Notes: generated from the sequence alone by a model not told the origin. A DNA stretch of 64,000 nucleotides from Hyphochytrium catenoides (GCA_900088475.1 FLMG01000988.1:124001-188000); one strand, 5' to 3'. Shown: positions 1 to 12,252, counted from the first letter of the stretch. Translations and numbers: made by a program.

Positions 1-1103
1 GAGCATCTGTCGACGGCATGGACAACCGACGTGGGCGGAGATGGCGGCTGAAAGCTACTGCAAGCAAGGCCGTAAGCTCGATGATGTCATGTGGAAGTAC
101 TTGATGATCCTGTACATGCGGTTCGGGCAGGAGGACAAGATGATTTCGCTTGTAGACAAACTGAAGGATAAGAAATTGCCCCTCAACTATAAAACTGCGC
201 AATTCTTAGTAAGGTTTATGTCACGTTGTGGCGAGTTTGACCGAGGTAAGATTTCCTCTATCTAATATTCATTAGCGTGATCTCTCAACCCGCGACCACA
301 CCATACTTACCAGTCCGACCTCAGTCCTTGCTGTCATCCAGGAGTGCAAGAAGCAGGGCTTTCCCTTGCCAAGGGGAAGTCTTAACGGCTATGTTCGAGA
401 GCGTATCGGACTTCATATAAATCCGGCAGCGGTTGCTTCTAATCTCGCTATTGTTGAGAACTTCGTGAGCAATGATTTAAAGGAAGCCGCTACGCAGGTA
501 AGATTCTCTTCGCGGATAGCAGTACTCTGGTCTTACTGAGGATTGCTTCGCAAGCGTATGTACGAGCTCTTGATGCAGGCGGCGTGCTTTTGCAATGATT
601 CCGTTAAGGCTCATAAACTCTATGAGAAAGTTGAGAGCTTGGGGCCACCGTCCAGGAAAAGTTTGACCTTTCTGCTAGTCCAAGACCTGCTCAACGGCGA
701 CACGGAGGCTGCTAAGCGCTACGACCATGAGCTGTATGCGCTAGGCCTGCGCTCTCGTAACCTGATCACAAAGACTTTGTGCTTGTTCACCAAGGGTCAC
801 GTGATGCATGGGTTTGAGAGGAATGCGGCGGACATCATCAGCTATATGGATATGTTGAAGCTCACAGCATCCAAAGCCTTCCTTCTAGAGACCGAGCTCC
901 TGCCTTTCTTCATCATGGCTGGACGAGAGGACGACGCTGAGTTTATCAGGCAGTACGTGGCCAATGCAAACGAAGCTAAGCTTGCTCGAAGACAGCAGCA
1001 GGAGGAATGGGCTGCTTCAGGGTTAGGGCAAGGAGGTTGTCAGAACAGCCCTTTTGATAACAACCTGTGGATAGACACATATACCTCACATAATCCACAG
1101 TAA
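1..1103 (+). CDS. PPR-like helical-repeat protein, paralogue 1 (5'-truncated by window edge; last three exons ~1-245, ~314-497, ~555-1103)
   Basis: PPR-like helix pairs ('DVMWKYLMILYMRFGQEDKMISLVDKLKDKKLPLN', 'MYELLMQAACFCNDSVKAHKLYEKV'). GT-AG introns fall at the same positions as in the downstream paralogue. Confidence 0.7.
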
Positions 1104-1362
1104 ATTCTAAATGTAAAGCTGTTTATTATCTTTGCTGTCTGCTGGCAATCTGTAGGACCTGCTCTGTATGCTCCACTCAATAGAAGCATCACATGAATTG
1201 AGAGTATTTGACGGATTGTGTAGATAAGCTTATTTCACTCACTGACATTGTACAACCTGGATTGCTGACCTCAAACAATGAGAATCGACAGCAGGAGAGG
1301 CTGCGACTGTTTCCACGCTTATGAAAGCAGGGCTCTGTAGCAAGCTTGGCGCTCAGGCACCG

Positions 1363-1382
1363 CATGACTCATGACTCATGAC
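1363..1382. promoter_or_regulatory. Tandem CATGACT repeat containing two TGACTCA (AP-1/bZIP-type) motifs upstream of the PPR-like gene
   Basis: catgactcatgactcatgac lies ~210 bp upstream of ATG 1590. Function is not demonstrable from sequence. Confidence 0.25.
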
Positions 1383-1589
1383 CCTTGTTCTGATCAAACG
1401 GCCGGGATGGGCCTCCATGATCCATGACCAAGCGGAACTGCCTCGATATGCCTGTTGCTGACACCTAGTGCTAGGAAACTTGTCAACATTCGGAGAAGGG
1501 ATGGCTGACATATCCTTCCTCGGGCGGCTGAGTTAGGGCTTCTTGAGTGGAGGATATAGACCATCACACCTTAACATCCAGTGACTGCG

Positions 1590-4282
1590 ATGACGAGTCA
1601 ACTGGTTCGGCCCGTGAAGCGAAGATCGCATGGTCTAATCAGGCGCTTGTCCAACACATGCACTCCCTCTTCTTCCTATTCATGGCATTCTAGTACTAAG
1701 AATGTTATCCTGTCACCCCCTGCACTAAGAGAGTTCCCTCCTTCGGCGGCGGATGATAGAGTCCCCGTGCCGCAAACCTCTCTGGAGGAGAGAAGTTCTG
1801 CCTTGAAGTTGAAGACAAGTTGGACCAGACAGGAGTCGATACCTTTGCATGATTCTACTCTAGAGACACCAGTGCAGTCCCCGGTCGCCGGAACTCCTGC
1901 GTCGGTGATTGGACGAGGGAGGAGCCTGATGATAGCCGTGGCTAAATCTGACTGGCAAGACGCGAATCGGCTGGTCCGCCGGTTCCAAAGAGATAACTTC
2001 GTCCGGTACTCTTGGATCCAAGAAGCCGTATGTTTCTATCTCTGTCATCTAAAACGGGAGAAGGAAGCGGACGAACTCCTCAGCGGATTAGAACAGCAAA
2101 AGATCAGATCTGAAGATCGTCTAGTAACCGCCTGGCTATATATGAAGCTGCACTTGGGAAGAATTGAAGATTTAGCTCCCAAGCTGGAAGCCTACCTATC
2201 ACAACGCTATCGACCACCTAAGAAGCTCTGCATGGTCCTCATTCCTTCACTGGCAAGGCGACGACATCTTCGCTTGGCTGAATCGTTAGTGGACATACTT
2301 ATTGAAGAGACTGACGAATCTGAAATGTAAGAGGACTTTCGCAAAGGCGCATTTTGATTGGTAAGAACCGGATACTAAGCTGATCTACCTCATCATTAGC
2401 ATCCCTATCAATAGCGTATTTTATGAGTACCTATGGACGGATAACGTCGACAGCGGTGAAAGGGTACTAGTCAAGATCCAGCGGTCTAGACGCCTGATAG
2501 AGCGGAGTCGTAAGTCATCAACTGTTGGACTTGAGCTGTGTACTTTTTATTCCTGACCGATCTTGCACAGATTGGAAGGCTTTATTGCAATGCTACCGCC
2601 GTGTTGGGCTAGGCATTGACGTCAGGAGTGTTCTGACTAGACTAGAAAGGAAGAACTTTGACGTCCGAGCCCTTGAAGCAGTCCGTGCTCTTGCAATTCA
2701 CTACTTTGATCAGGTAGCTCTTTTGTTTGACAGCTAGGGACCTGACCTATCAGCACTGACAGTAATTGACCTATGCTTCATAGGCAATGCTAAAAGAAGG
2801 CTTACAAATCGTTCAAGACGTGCCCGCAGTGAAAAATGTTGAAGTGCTATGCCGGCAACGCGATGCCTATTTGCACAAGGGAGACGAGGAGGGATTGAAG
2901 AAGACTCTGCGCGACATCTTGGAGCTCGCGGATGATAATTATTCTGCTTCTGGCGACTTCCTGAAGATGATAGAGTTCCAATGCGATCAAGGAGACGTGC
3001 GCGGAGCGATGAAAACATACGCAGAAATGGGCAAGCGGTATGGACATGCGAAGACTGAAATAGATGCTAGTAAGTATTCCTTTAGAGATTCCCTCTTACT
3101 GTCTCTTATCTACAAGTATATCGCCTCCTTCCGTTTGCCATCTTCTTGCCATCTCATAGTGGCTGAAATTTCTCTCTCTGTAATTAGCAATGATGCAAGC
3201 TGCCAAGATCGAGATGTCAGCTTTTGTCGGAGACTACGATAGGGCGCTGCGCTTGGTAGCGCTGTCTAAGTGGGCTACCCCTGTCATGGAGCAATTTCTG
3301 GGCATAGTCTGCAAGCGACATTCCCACTTAGCATGGGCTGAGCTCGCAGTTCAGCAATACATGCAACGGGGCTTGGCGTTGACTCCATCAATGTGGGAGT
3401 CCCTTCTCCTGGCATACACGCGCCTGGGTGAGAGGGACAGAGTTCTACAGCTGGTGGAAAAACTAAAGGCGCGAGATCTCCCCCTCAATTACATAAGCGC
3501 GCATTATCTGATTAGCTTTCTCTCGCAATGTGGCCTATTCCATGAAGGTCAGCTTCGTTATAGTGTGTTATCCAACATTTCACTAACTAGGCATGGTATG
3601 CAGCGAACACAGTCATTCAGGAGTGCAGGAGGCAGGGCTTCAGACTGCGGACGGAGACTTATGAACTCTATGTGAAAGAGCGAATTGGCTTGCACGTAGA
3701 TCCCCTGGCAGCCCGCGCGAACCTTGCTGCAACAGAAGACTTCGTCAGAACGGAAGTACCCGCCACACAGGTAACGTTCGTCTCCGTAAACACTTCTAGA
3801 GAGGCAGTGACCAACACTAAACACTACTCATGTAGCGGATCTACGAGCACTTATTTTTGGCGGCTTGCTTCTACAATGACCGCTACAAGGCCTATGAGCT
3901 ATATCAGGAAGTGGTACGACTGGGTCCGCGTTCCCAGGGTTCCCTGACTTGTCTTTTGGTCTTGAACTATCTCAACGGCGACCGTGAGAACGCTGAGGTG
4001 CAGAACAAAGAACTGACTGCATATGATCTGATGTGCCCGTACGTCATCTCTGAGACGGTGTGCCAACTGGTTAAAGGACATATCTTGCACGGCATAGAGC
4101 GCACTGCCCAGGACGTAATTGACCTGATCAGCTGGCTCGATATCTCTAGAGCTCATGCTATATCTCTGGATGAACTCATTGAGTTTTTCCATTCCAACAA
4201 TCGCACTCACGACGCCAGTAGGCTAGAGGCTTATGTGACAATGCTTTATACGGAGCTAAAGGCTGTGGCCGAGCCACTTTGA
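1590..4282 (+). CDS. PPR-like helical-repeat protein, paralogue 2, multi-exon, probable mitochondrial presequence
   Basis: The N-terminus is Arg/Ser-rich and acid-free (MTSQLVRPVKRRSHGLIRRLS), followed by ~35-aa helical repeats ('PSMWESLLLAYTRLGERDRVLQLVEKLKARDLPLN'). The last three exons align with paralogue 1. Confidence 0.7.
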
Positions 4283-4599
4283 GTAGTCGCCAAGCTACAA
4301 GTTACACAGTGCTAGGAATCCTCCTCTGGCAGAGCTCACATGCTTCTCGGACCAAGCTCAGCCACTGCTGGCAACAAGTTCTGCAGAATCGGGGCCTGAA
4401 ATAATCTTATTTATTTCCCCAGCTCTTTATAGAGAGTATCTCGGGAAGTATAAGACTGGGAGTCAACAAAAAGCAAGAGAAAGCGGATCTGATCCGCGAC
4501 TGTGCTTTTCTTCCTTTATCAGAACGCAGCTCACCTGCTGCTCGTTTTATAAACAGGGCTCTCTGTTAGCCTATTCTAGCTATACTTCTCTGCCAACAT

Positions 4600-6500
4600 G
4601 GGCTCTTAAAGTAAAGATAACAAATAAAATATACTAGTCGCCCCATTCAAAGGCAGATATGTGCTGAGTGCAAAAGTAGATGGACTCTGAGCTGCCTCTG
4701 GCCCTGCCCTGCCCTTGATCAAGGGTTGACAGTCAAACAGTCGTGATGAACATAACATCAACAAAGGTAAAGTCCAGCCTGAGCCACTTCTCACCGTGGC
4801 TGCAAGGCTGCATGGCACATGAAAGGTCACAAGCTAAGCTGGCGAAGACAGCCATCACAAGGGCTGTGATGGGTTAGAAAAGGGATCGGGTCATCAGTAA
4901 TGGAGAATGCAATCTATCATTAGGGATCTGACTGAGCCGAGAGAGCAAGACGACTAATTAGGCGATGAAAGGTGACAGATGAAAAGCCATGATGGGTCAC
5001 AACGGATCCTCTAACAACATGACCGAGACTCGGAGGCCACATGGATTAGTCTACAGCTGAAGGCCGCCTACTGTTACTTATTAGAATACACTTTTGACCA
5101 GGAGTCTATCACCATCTTAATGGCCCAGTCTCCCAGCTTATCACCATCATGAAGAGACCAAGCAGACATTAAGGACCTGGTGCTAATTTGTAACTCCCTT
5201 CTCTTTGTAGGAATCAATTGTGCCTTGCTTGGGCTGGCCAGGATTGCAAGGTTGGACAGAGGAAGCCCTCACCTCTTCCTCCTCAGATCTGAGAACCAGG
5301 CATTATTATCTCATCATAGTGTAGGTTCCCACTAGAAAGTGTGTACAGCGTGACAAAGCTCGAGCTTTCCAAGTCTGTGAGTTTGATGAAAGCGGCTCAT
5401 CAGGCCAGCAGGCTCACGTTTTTGTTGGCCTTGGGAACGTTCTTCCGTCGGCGGTCATTGGTCCGTTCAGGACCCAAAAGTATCCTTGTTGAGGTGGCAA
5501 CCTAGTCTACCCTTTAATCCCGACTTAGTAAGGCTATTATGGTATCATAGCTCTGGTAGGATTTAAATGGCCTTTATGGACTGTGCTGTCTGTTACTGAG
5601 ATGCTTATGTGGTGGTGCAGTGGTTACTAGCATGGCTGCTCCTCAGGTGTGTTCTATGAATCGCTTCCGCCTCACATCACGCTGCCCACTGTACGCCGCG
5701 GGGCCAATCTTAGCCCCTCTGCCATCAAAGGCCAGGCTGACAGAAAGACAGCTATTTGACTCTGGAAGAAGTGCACAAGGAAGGGATTGTTTAGACTTCT
5801 TATTACCACTTCTTAGTACGTTGTAGTGAGGAGACAGAGGACCAAGGATTGGCAAGCCGTAGAAAAGTTGAGGAATGAGGAGGAGGTTTGGACTTCAAGA
5901 GTTGCTATATTTGTATGAATGGTGGGGGAGGATGGAGCTTTTATGCAGTGCTATAGACTAAGGAAAGGAGGAACTAAAGGCCAAGATCCAAAGATCTTTG
6001 GTCAGCTTCCCTACTTTCCACATCAAGGCGGAAGGGCTATACACTCACACTCTTAGTGAATCGAAGGCAGACGAAAGATACATTAGTTTCATGTCAAGGT
6101 TTCATAGGTTCACAGCGCACAATGGGTAGCTTCACCAAAATTCTGTTATTTTCAACTAGAGCGTGGACTTTCTTTCAGAAAGGTTGTGATATCTTCTTTT
6201 TCGTCCTCCTCCTTGCCCTCCCTTCTGTCAACACTGTAAAGGTAGAAGCAAGCAGTCTTCTAGGGAGTATGACAAGGCCTTTTGAAGGGATCTTGTCATC
6301 CTTCATCAAGCTTCTGAGTAGCTGGGGAGCAGGGTGATAGAGAGTGTACATGCAAGCAAGACCTATGACAGAGGGCCAGGTGGATGGAGGTGAGAGGAAG
6401 CAAGCAGCATGAACGCTGTGACACGAGAGGCAGGCAGCCAAGGTAGATGAAACTGGAGGCGAAGAAGGGCATAAAAGAAAGGCTGGGAGGGAAAGATTAG
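4600..6500. other. CpG-depleted intergenic tract, probably a decayed repeat or pseudogene relic
   Basis: No CG dinucleotide between ~5067 and ~5348 and very few across 5700-6480. Minus-strand frames are broken by stops including several TGA. No family recognised. Confidence 0.4.
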
Positions 6501-6669
6501 AATGGACGATGGTGGGAAGAAGGCCAGGCGGATTCTCGCCTCTCCTCTCCTCTTTCTTCGAGTTCTCCCCACCACCTTATCATCTCAGCGCAGCTCTTCC
6601 AAAAACTCTCACTTCCCAATATTCTAACCCCAGAGTAAGGCTTTGACGACGCTAATACAATCACAAATC

Positions 6670-8424
6670 ATGGCCTCTCACTCGACAGTCCCGCCTCACG
6701 CCGACGATGACAAGCGCGACCCTTTCGTTGAGGAGAGCAACGCTCCAACATCCGCGAAGAGCCGTGGCGGAGTAGGCTTCATTCACATCGTTGTTGTTTG
6801 GGTTCTTATCAGCCTTCTTGCGGTGAATATTGCTGTGCTATATGTGCTCCACTTTCATGACAAGCCACCTACACCATCTTTCACGGCTGTAGGCTCCGAC
6901 AGCTTCTTGACGGTCAGTGGCCAGAAGTTGGGAGATCTTAGCGAGGGAACCCCCGTCTCAGTAACTGAGGATGGCAAGATTGCTGTTGGCGCAGGAACCA
7001 GCTTCTATCTGAGCCCCCTGACCTTCTCTGACGTCACCACCAAGTATGTCCAGAACAAGCCGTTGTCGGAGGACACTACCCTCGTCTCCTATTATAACGG
7101 CAAGGAGACGGTCTTCAACATCACTACCATGTCCAAGGCTAACCCTCGTCAGGCCTCTTCAGTCCAGGCCGGGTCCATTAGTGGTGTGGTGCAGAGGGTG
7201 GTTACTCTGTCTCCATCTCTGGTTATGCTTGTAGCCTCTAATGACTCAAAAATCACGGACTTCAAGAATCCCGCGGCTCCTGTTAACCTTATGCTGGTGT
7301 ACCCAGCTACCATCGCTGACGGCAAGCTAACTGTGCTCAAAGAAAAAGGGGTTGTCGTGAACGAGGGTCTCGGCGTATCTGCCGCACTTGGTGCTAGTGC
7401 TATGGATGCCACTAGGATGGCCATCACTATGTACGGAGACGACAATGGTGTCCCTGGTGTCTACACTGTCGTTATCTCCGTCAACGAGCAGCAGGTTGCA
7501 AGCGCCTCAAAGCCCATCCTCTTCCACGACAACAACAACTACAGCACAACGTTTTCGGATCCTGTGGGCTTCAGCAAGAATGAGCTTTTCTTACCTTTCT
7601 TCAACACTACCGGCCTCTGTGCGCGTTATGCCAGCGTCAGCGATGCCGGTACCGAGGTTACTATGAAAGAAGTCCGCTGCCTTGATTCGGTTGTGCCAAG
7701 CAACTTTATGGCTGCAACCGGTTTGGACGCCGCAACTGGACAAGCCGCAATTGTATTCAGCGACTCCAAGGTAAATAATGCTATTCGCGTGCTTGATGTG
7801 GAGAGATATCAGTCCGGTCTTCCCTCTTTCGGCTCCCTTTACACTGTGGACAATGGTGATGCGTTCCTCAATGTTGACGGGCCAAACCAGCTTTGGTATC
7901 AGCTCAACATAGGCAAGATCGGCAAGAACCGCGTAGTTGTTGCCTACAGCGACATGGCTAATCAGGGCATGATCACGGCCCAAGTACTGTCTATCACCCC
8001 AACCACTGGTTTTCTGCCGATCACCTCTTCAATGCCGATCTCGCCTCCGGTGGAGAGCACCGGTGTGTATGTATGGAAGGAAATTGCTTACCTAGAGAAT
8101 GATCGCTTCAGCGTGGTCTACACCTTCTCAAAGGATGGCAAAGTTAGCTCAGGCGCTTACAACGTCGGTGAAGTCTATGCTACTCCCCTTGGAATGGTCG
8201 GTGCAGGCGAGAAGGTTCTTGTTAGCGGTGCGGCAAAGTATCCTAACGGAAGCCTTTCCCTTGGAACCTCCTACTATACCACCACGCGGGGAGAGCTTCT
8301 CAAGGGCAGACGCCACGGAGATACCTACCCATATGTTATGTCTCCAGATGGCAAGACAGTCGTCTCAAGGGAGAGCTATGTTGGTGTAGCTGCTGACGAG
8401 AAAACCATCATTCTCAACAAGTAG
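6670..8424 (+). CDS. Intronless type II membrane protein (~584 aa) with a large beta-strand-rich, propeller-like ectodomain
   Basis: Long uninterrupted ORF with a single N-terminal hydrophobic helix (FIHIVVVWVLISLLAVNIAVLYVL). The ectodomain is V/S/T/G-rich with repeated 'vvvaysD' type strands and several N-x-S/T sites. Confidence 0.85.
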   Translation: MASHSTVPPHADDDKRDPFVEESNAPTSAKSRGGVGFIHIVVVWVLISLLAVNIAVLYVLHFHDKPPTPSFTAVGSDSFLTVSGQKLGDLSEGTPVSVTEDGKIAVGAGTSFYLSPLTFSDVTTKYVQNKPLSEDTTLVSYYNGKETVFNITTMSKANPRQASSVQAGSISGVVQRVVTLSPSLVMLVASNDSKITDFKNPAAPVNLMLVYPATIADGKLTVLKEKGVVVNEGLGVSAALGASAMDATRMAITMYGDDNGVPGVYTVVISVNEQQVASASKPILFHDNNNYSTTFSDPVGFSKNELFLPFFNTTGLCARYASVSDAGTEVTMKEVRCLDSVVPSNFMAATGLDAATGQAAIVFSDSKVNNAIRVLDVERYQSGLPSFGSLYTVDNGDAFLNVDGPNQLWYQLNIGKIGKNRVVVAYSDMANQGMITAQVLSITPTTGFLPITSSMPISPPVESTGVYVWKEIAYLENDRFSVVYTFSKDGKVSSGAYNVGEVYATPLGMVGAGEKVLVSGAAKYPNGSLSLGTSYYTTTRGELLKGRRHGDTYPYVMSPDGKTVVSRESYVGVAADEKTIILNK

Positions 8425-9411
8425 GCTTGACAGCAATAGCTCTTGCAGAATAGTAAGGCTCTGGGGTGGACGCTATAGTCAGATCAGAGCCTATGGAGGG
8501 TGCCACTATTGTCCTTATAGGTCTTCGAACTCCTCTAATCGTAAATCTAAGTACTTTTCCCAATGTCGAAGAGTTGAGCCTTAGAAGAGCTTCCTAGCCT
8601 TGAACAGGGTAGGGCCCTTCATACAACTTCTCTGGATCCATGATACTAAAAGCCTGCCTTTCCTTTTCTTCTTGGCTTACTTCTATCTAACCCTTGGCCC
8701 TCACCAAGATGGGAAATCAGAGAGAAAGGGGCAACGAGGACAATGTGGTGATATCCAAAAGAGCTGTACCGGGAGAGGGACTGCTGTCAACCCTATCGTA
8801 CGATCATCAAGATCTTTGGGGTTGGTTGTCGTCTTGTTCATTTATCACCCGCTACCGATGACATATGTCTACCATCTTGACGACACCTGCTTTGTCAAGA
8901 GGGCAGTGTTGCTGCATAAATAGCATGACAGTCCGTTGGAGGAGGGTGTACCACCATCAACTCCTCCACCGTTTATCCCGTCAGAGTGGCATGAATGGAA
9001 TCGTTGTCGCAGCATATCGAAGAGCGTTATTTACAACCATCTCCTCCACGAACACAATCAGCCACGTATGCTGCAACGCTGTATTATAGCTGTTGCGCAT
9101 GCAATGACGGTCAAATGACCCTCACATTGGTAGAGCGAGATGACCGTCAATCATATGGCAAGGTCCTCCTTCCTGACAAGCACAGTAGTCCGTGGCGCTA
9201 TTCTTCAAGGAGCAGTGTGGCACCAGAGAGAAGATATGGAGTTGTGTTAGTCTCCACCTTAGTCTCCACCGCCAGGCAATAAAAGTCGATCGACAGAGAC
9301 GGGAATGTATTAAGACAAACCCAAGGGTTCACTTAGGAATCCTGAGGCTCAATCGGGAGTTCCATCGCGACATCCTACAGTCAGTGGGCCTGGCAGACCA
9401 ATGTGAGGTGA

Positions 9412-9652
9412 GCTGTTGATATCCCAGAGGAAGATGAAGTAGTTAGGAAGAAGATGTATCGAGCTCTAGGGACAGGGCAGAAACTGAAACCAGCCTGTGA
9501 GTCTTCGCCGAGCGCGAGAGCAACGTCTGTCCGCGATAATAGAATCCCTTCGGATTATAGATGCTGTAGATACCACAGAGGAAGTTGAACTAGTAGTCGA
9601 GAAGAGATGTAATATTGAGCTCTAGGTAAAACCGGAGAAAAGTGAAATCAGC
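9412..9652. repeat. Degenerate direct repeat, two ~85-bp copies spaced ~151 bp
   Basis: gctgttgatatcccagaggaagatgaagtagt...gagctctagg...gaaactgaaaccagc (9412-9494) versus gctgtagataccacagaggaagttgaactagt...gagctctagg...gaaaagtgaaatcagc (9563-9652). Confidence 0.6.
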
Positions 9653-10258
9653 GAGGTGACTCTTGGTTGTCGCTAACAATAATTCTGCCAAATCTGTCTG
9701 TTCGCCGCGTGATAAGTCCGTGTTTTTGTTCCTTGAAGGCTTTCAATCAGAACTCTTCCAAGAAGTCTTTGGCAAGGAGCAAGCTTTAACTCGCAAACCC
9801 GTGGAAGTTCAAGGACTTCTGTCTGATGATGCTGTGGAACTCACAGTAATCAACAGATTATGTACGAACAGACCTTCGTTATAGAAGATCAGAACACAAC
9901 AACTACACCATCGAATAGGTCCATGTGTCCATGTGCGATGCTGAGGTGGGAAGCTTTAGCTGAAGCTTTGCTAATAATGGCCGAAACCTGCGCTAGCAAC
10001 TACCCTGAGAGCTACTAGCTGCTGATGCTCTGTTCTTACGCTCTGTAAGAGGAGGGCTCTCGAAGAGATTGCGAGACTTCAAGAGAGTGTCTCCCTATTA
10101 CGAGCCTATCTACTACAATCCCCAGCGCAACTATTGCTGAATCACCGCCAGAGATGAACTGGCAGGCATTCTAGTCCGGGAAATGCGAGTGCCTAAGTCT
10201 GACTTCTTCAACTTCTTGTGGAAGCCAAAACACCTCATCCGTCAACTCTGAGATCGCT

Positions 10259-11955
10259 ATGACCAGTTCCATGTTCACTGAAGTGGCAAGCCAGCTGTCC
10301 AGTTCTTTTGATAGTAGCAAAGAACTTCTTCGAGACAATCTCCCAACTTTTGGCATCAGCAACGAGTTCACGAACACCTTGTCATGGCACAAGCTCCTTC
10401 TCTCCTTTCTTCTCCTGTCAGCACTAAGGAGGTACTACCCATTGGTGGGACTCCGTCACCTATATGTGGCTCTGGAGGAGGAGCTCTGCCGCAGATGGCC
10501 GATTGTGTCCTACCCGCATCCGAGAGGTAGAGGTTGTAGACATCTACCCCAGATACTAAACTTTCCATGTTGACACTACTATTCCTAGTGGATAATGAGC
10601 AAGAAGGACAACGCTTCCATAATACCAAGTTCAGACTGACGTCGACCAGACTACCTCAGGAGGTAAGCTATTGCGACAAGACGTAATGAGATAATTGTGT
10701 CATCGAGTTGTGGTTAGCTCTTTCCCTTAGGTTCGTCTTTCCTGGACGCCAGAGATATCGTCAGCCTGTCGATCGTATGCAAGGCGTTGCACAAGTGCGC
10801 AAATCAGGAAGAGGTTTGGAAGACCTTGCTAAGGGTCAAGGTCAGCAGGACTTGGGAGCGGGCGGTCGGAGACAGCGAAACGATAACGAAGATCCCTTTT
10901 TTTGCTTCTGGGAGCTTTGTTCCCCAGCGGGGTTGGAGAGATCTCTACTTCCAATATTCAGCAGTTTGGATGGAGACGTTGTTGGCAAGGAAGAATAACC
11001 GGAACAGCTGCATGCTTAAGCTCTATGGCAAGGTAGGTCACCAATACTATTGGGAACGTCATTTCGAATCTGCAACATTTACTGAATTGGCACTTGGACT
11101 CGCGCTCTTTTCCTTCCTTAACCGCTAGCCAACACAACTTCTGCTCCACTGAGCCATCTCACGCATGCCACGCTGTTTGCGATTTTCCTCAGATTTACGA
11201 CGTCACACGCTTTATAGATTATCATCCAGGTAAGCACCATCAATCGCCGATGCTCCATGGGTGGTCTTTTGTATTAGTGGAGTTTGCTTGTATGTGACCC
11301 TGTACATCCAGGCTCACCAGGAAACATAATGAGTGCTGGAGGGACAGACGCAACGCAGCTCTTTGATGTGCTCCACTCTGAAGTAGCCCACGTCCTGATG
11401 CATCAGTATCTTATCTGGGAGCCATTGCCAGGAACCACTGACGGGTCCAGTGCCACGATTTTCAGTGTACATCGCAGACTGCAGGAGCAGAGAGCTCTAG
11501 CAGTGATAAGAGTCTTCGTGTCTTCCTCTGCGGAAGAGAATGAGCGCCTTCAAGAAGGGGAGCACCTATGCGTGAACTGCCGTCACAGGTACGGACTGGG
11601 GTTAGTTATCACCTTTGAGCAGTGCTAATCTACCTCCCTAGGTTCGACGATCAAGGCAACACAGCTGATTCATGTCGTTATCACTCAGGTATATCTTGGA
11701 TTAATTCTTGTTATGATAACATCGGCCTCGCTCCGACCCTCGGTTTTCCTAGGGAAGTTGTTAACCTACCAAAAAACGCCAGACATTGGCAGCGACCAGT
11801 GGAGTTGCTGGTGGACCTGCTGCGGAGAGGAAGCTGGAGACAGAGGCGCTCAGCTTGGATGTAACATTGGTGCCCATGTGGCAGCCTCAGATGGCTATCT
11901 GGTTGGAGCCATTCACAGCGTCACGGATGCGCTACCTTCTTGTAGGATCCAATAA
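10259..11955 (+). CDS. F-box + cytochrome b5 heme-binding + C-terminal CHORD-like Cys/His zinc-binding protein (multi-exon)
   Basis: Spliced translation gives an F-box (LPQE|LFPLGSSFLDARDIVSLSIVCKALHKCANQEEVWK) and a cytochrome b5 domain (LYGK|IYDVTRFIDYHPG|SPGNIMSAGGTDATQLFDVLHSEVA). The C-terminus reads CVNCRHR|FDDQGNTADSCRYHSG|K...WWTCCG...GCNIGAH. Confidence 0.8.
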
Positions 11956-12252
11956 GTTTTGGATCTTGGGTCTTCATTGTATCTCTTGGCATTGTAACTC
12001 TTCTGTACATAATGGTGAGGTGCCTGCTCTCCCGCTTGTCACCTATAACACCAGACTAGGCTTTCCATGTCGCCACGCCTTAAGATCTAGTGACATTAAA
12101 GCACCATACACATCCCGCTTTTGCTCAAACATCTGCTACTTGTGAAATCTTCGTCTGTCGAAACCATCGAAAGCGATTTTTCTGAGATCCGAAAGTGGCA
12201 GGCTTCCTCTCGCCTTTCTAGCACAATATGGAATCTTGAAGTGTCATCTACC

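Noticed and set aside
5750-5815. Minus-strand 'EVVIRSLNNPFLVHFF' resembling a kinase subdomain III-IV
   Set aside because: No other kinase motifs were found nearby and the match is too short to support.
8709-9900. Possible spliced plus-strand gene (MGNQRERG...PPFIPSEWHEWNRC)
   Set aside because: The exons cannot be joined confidently and downstream frames are broken. Left unresolved.
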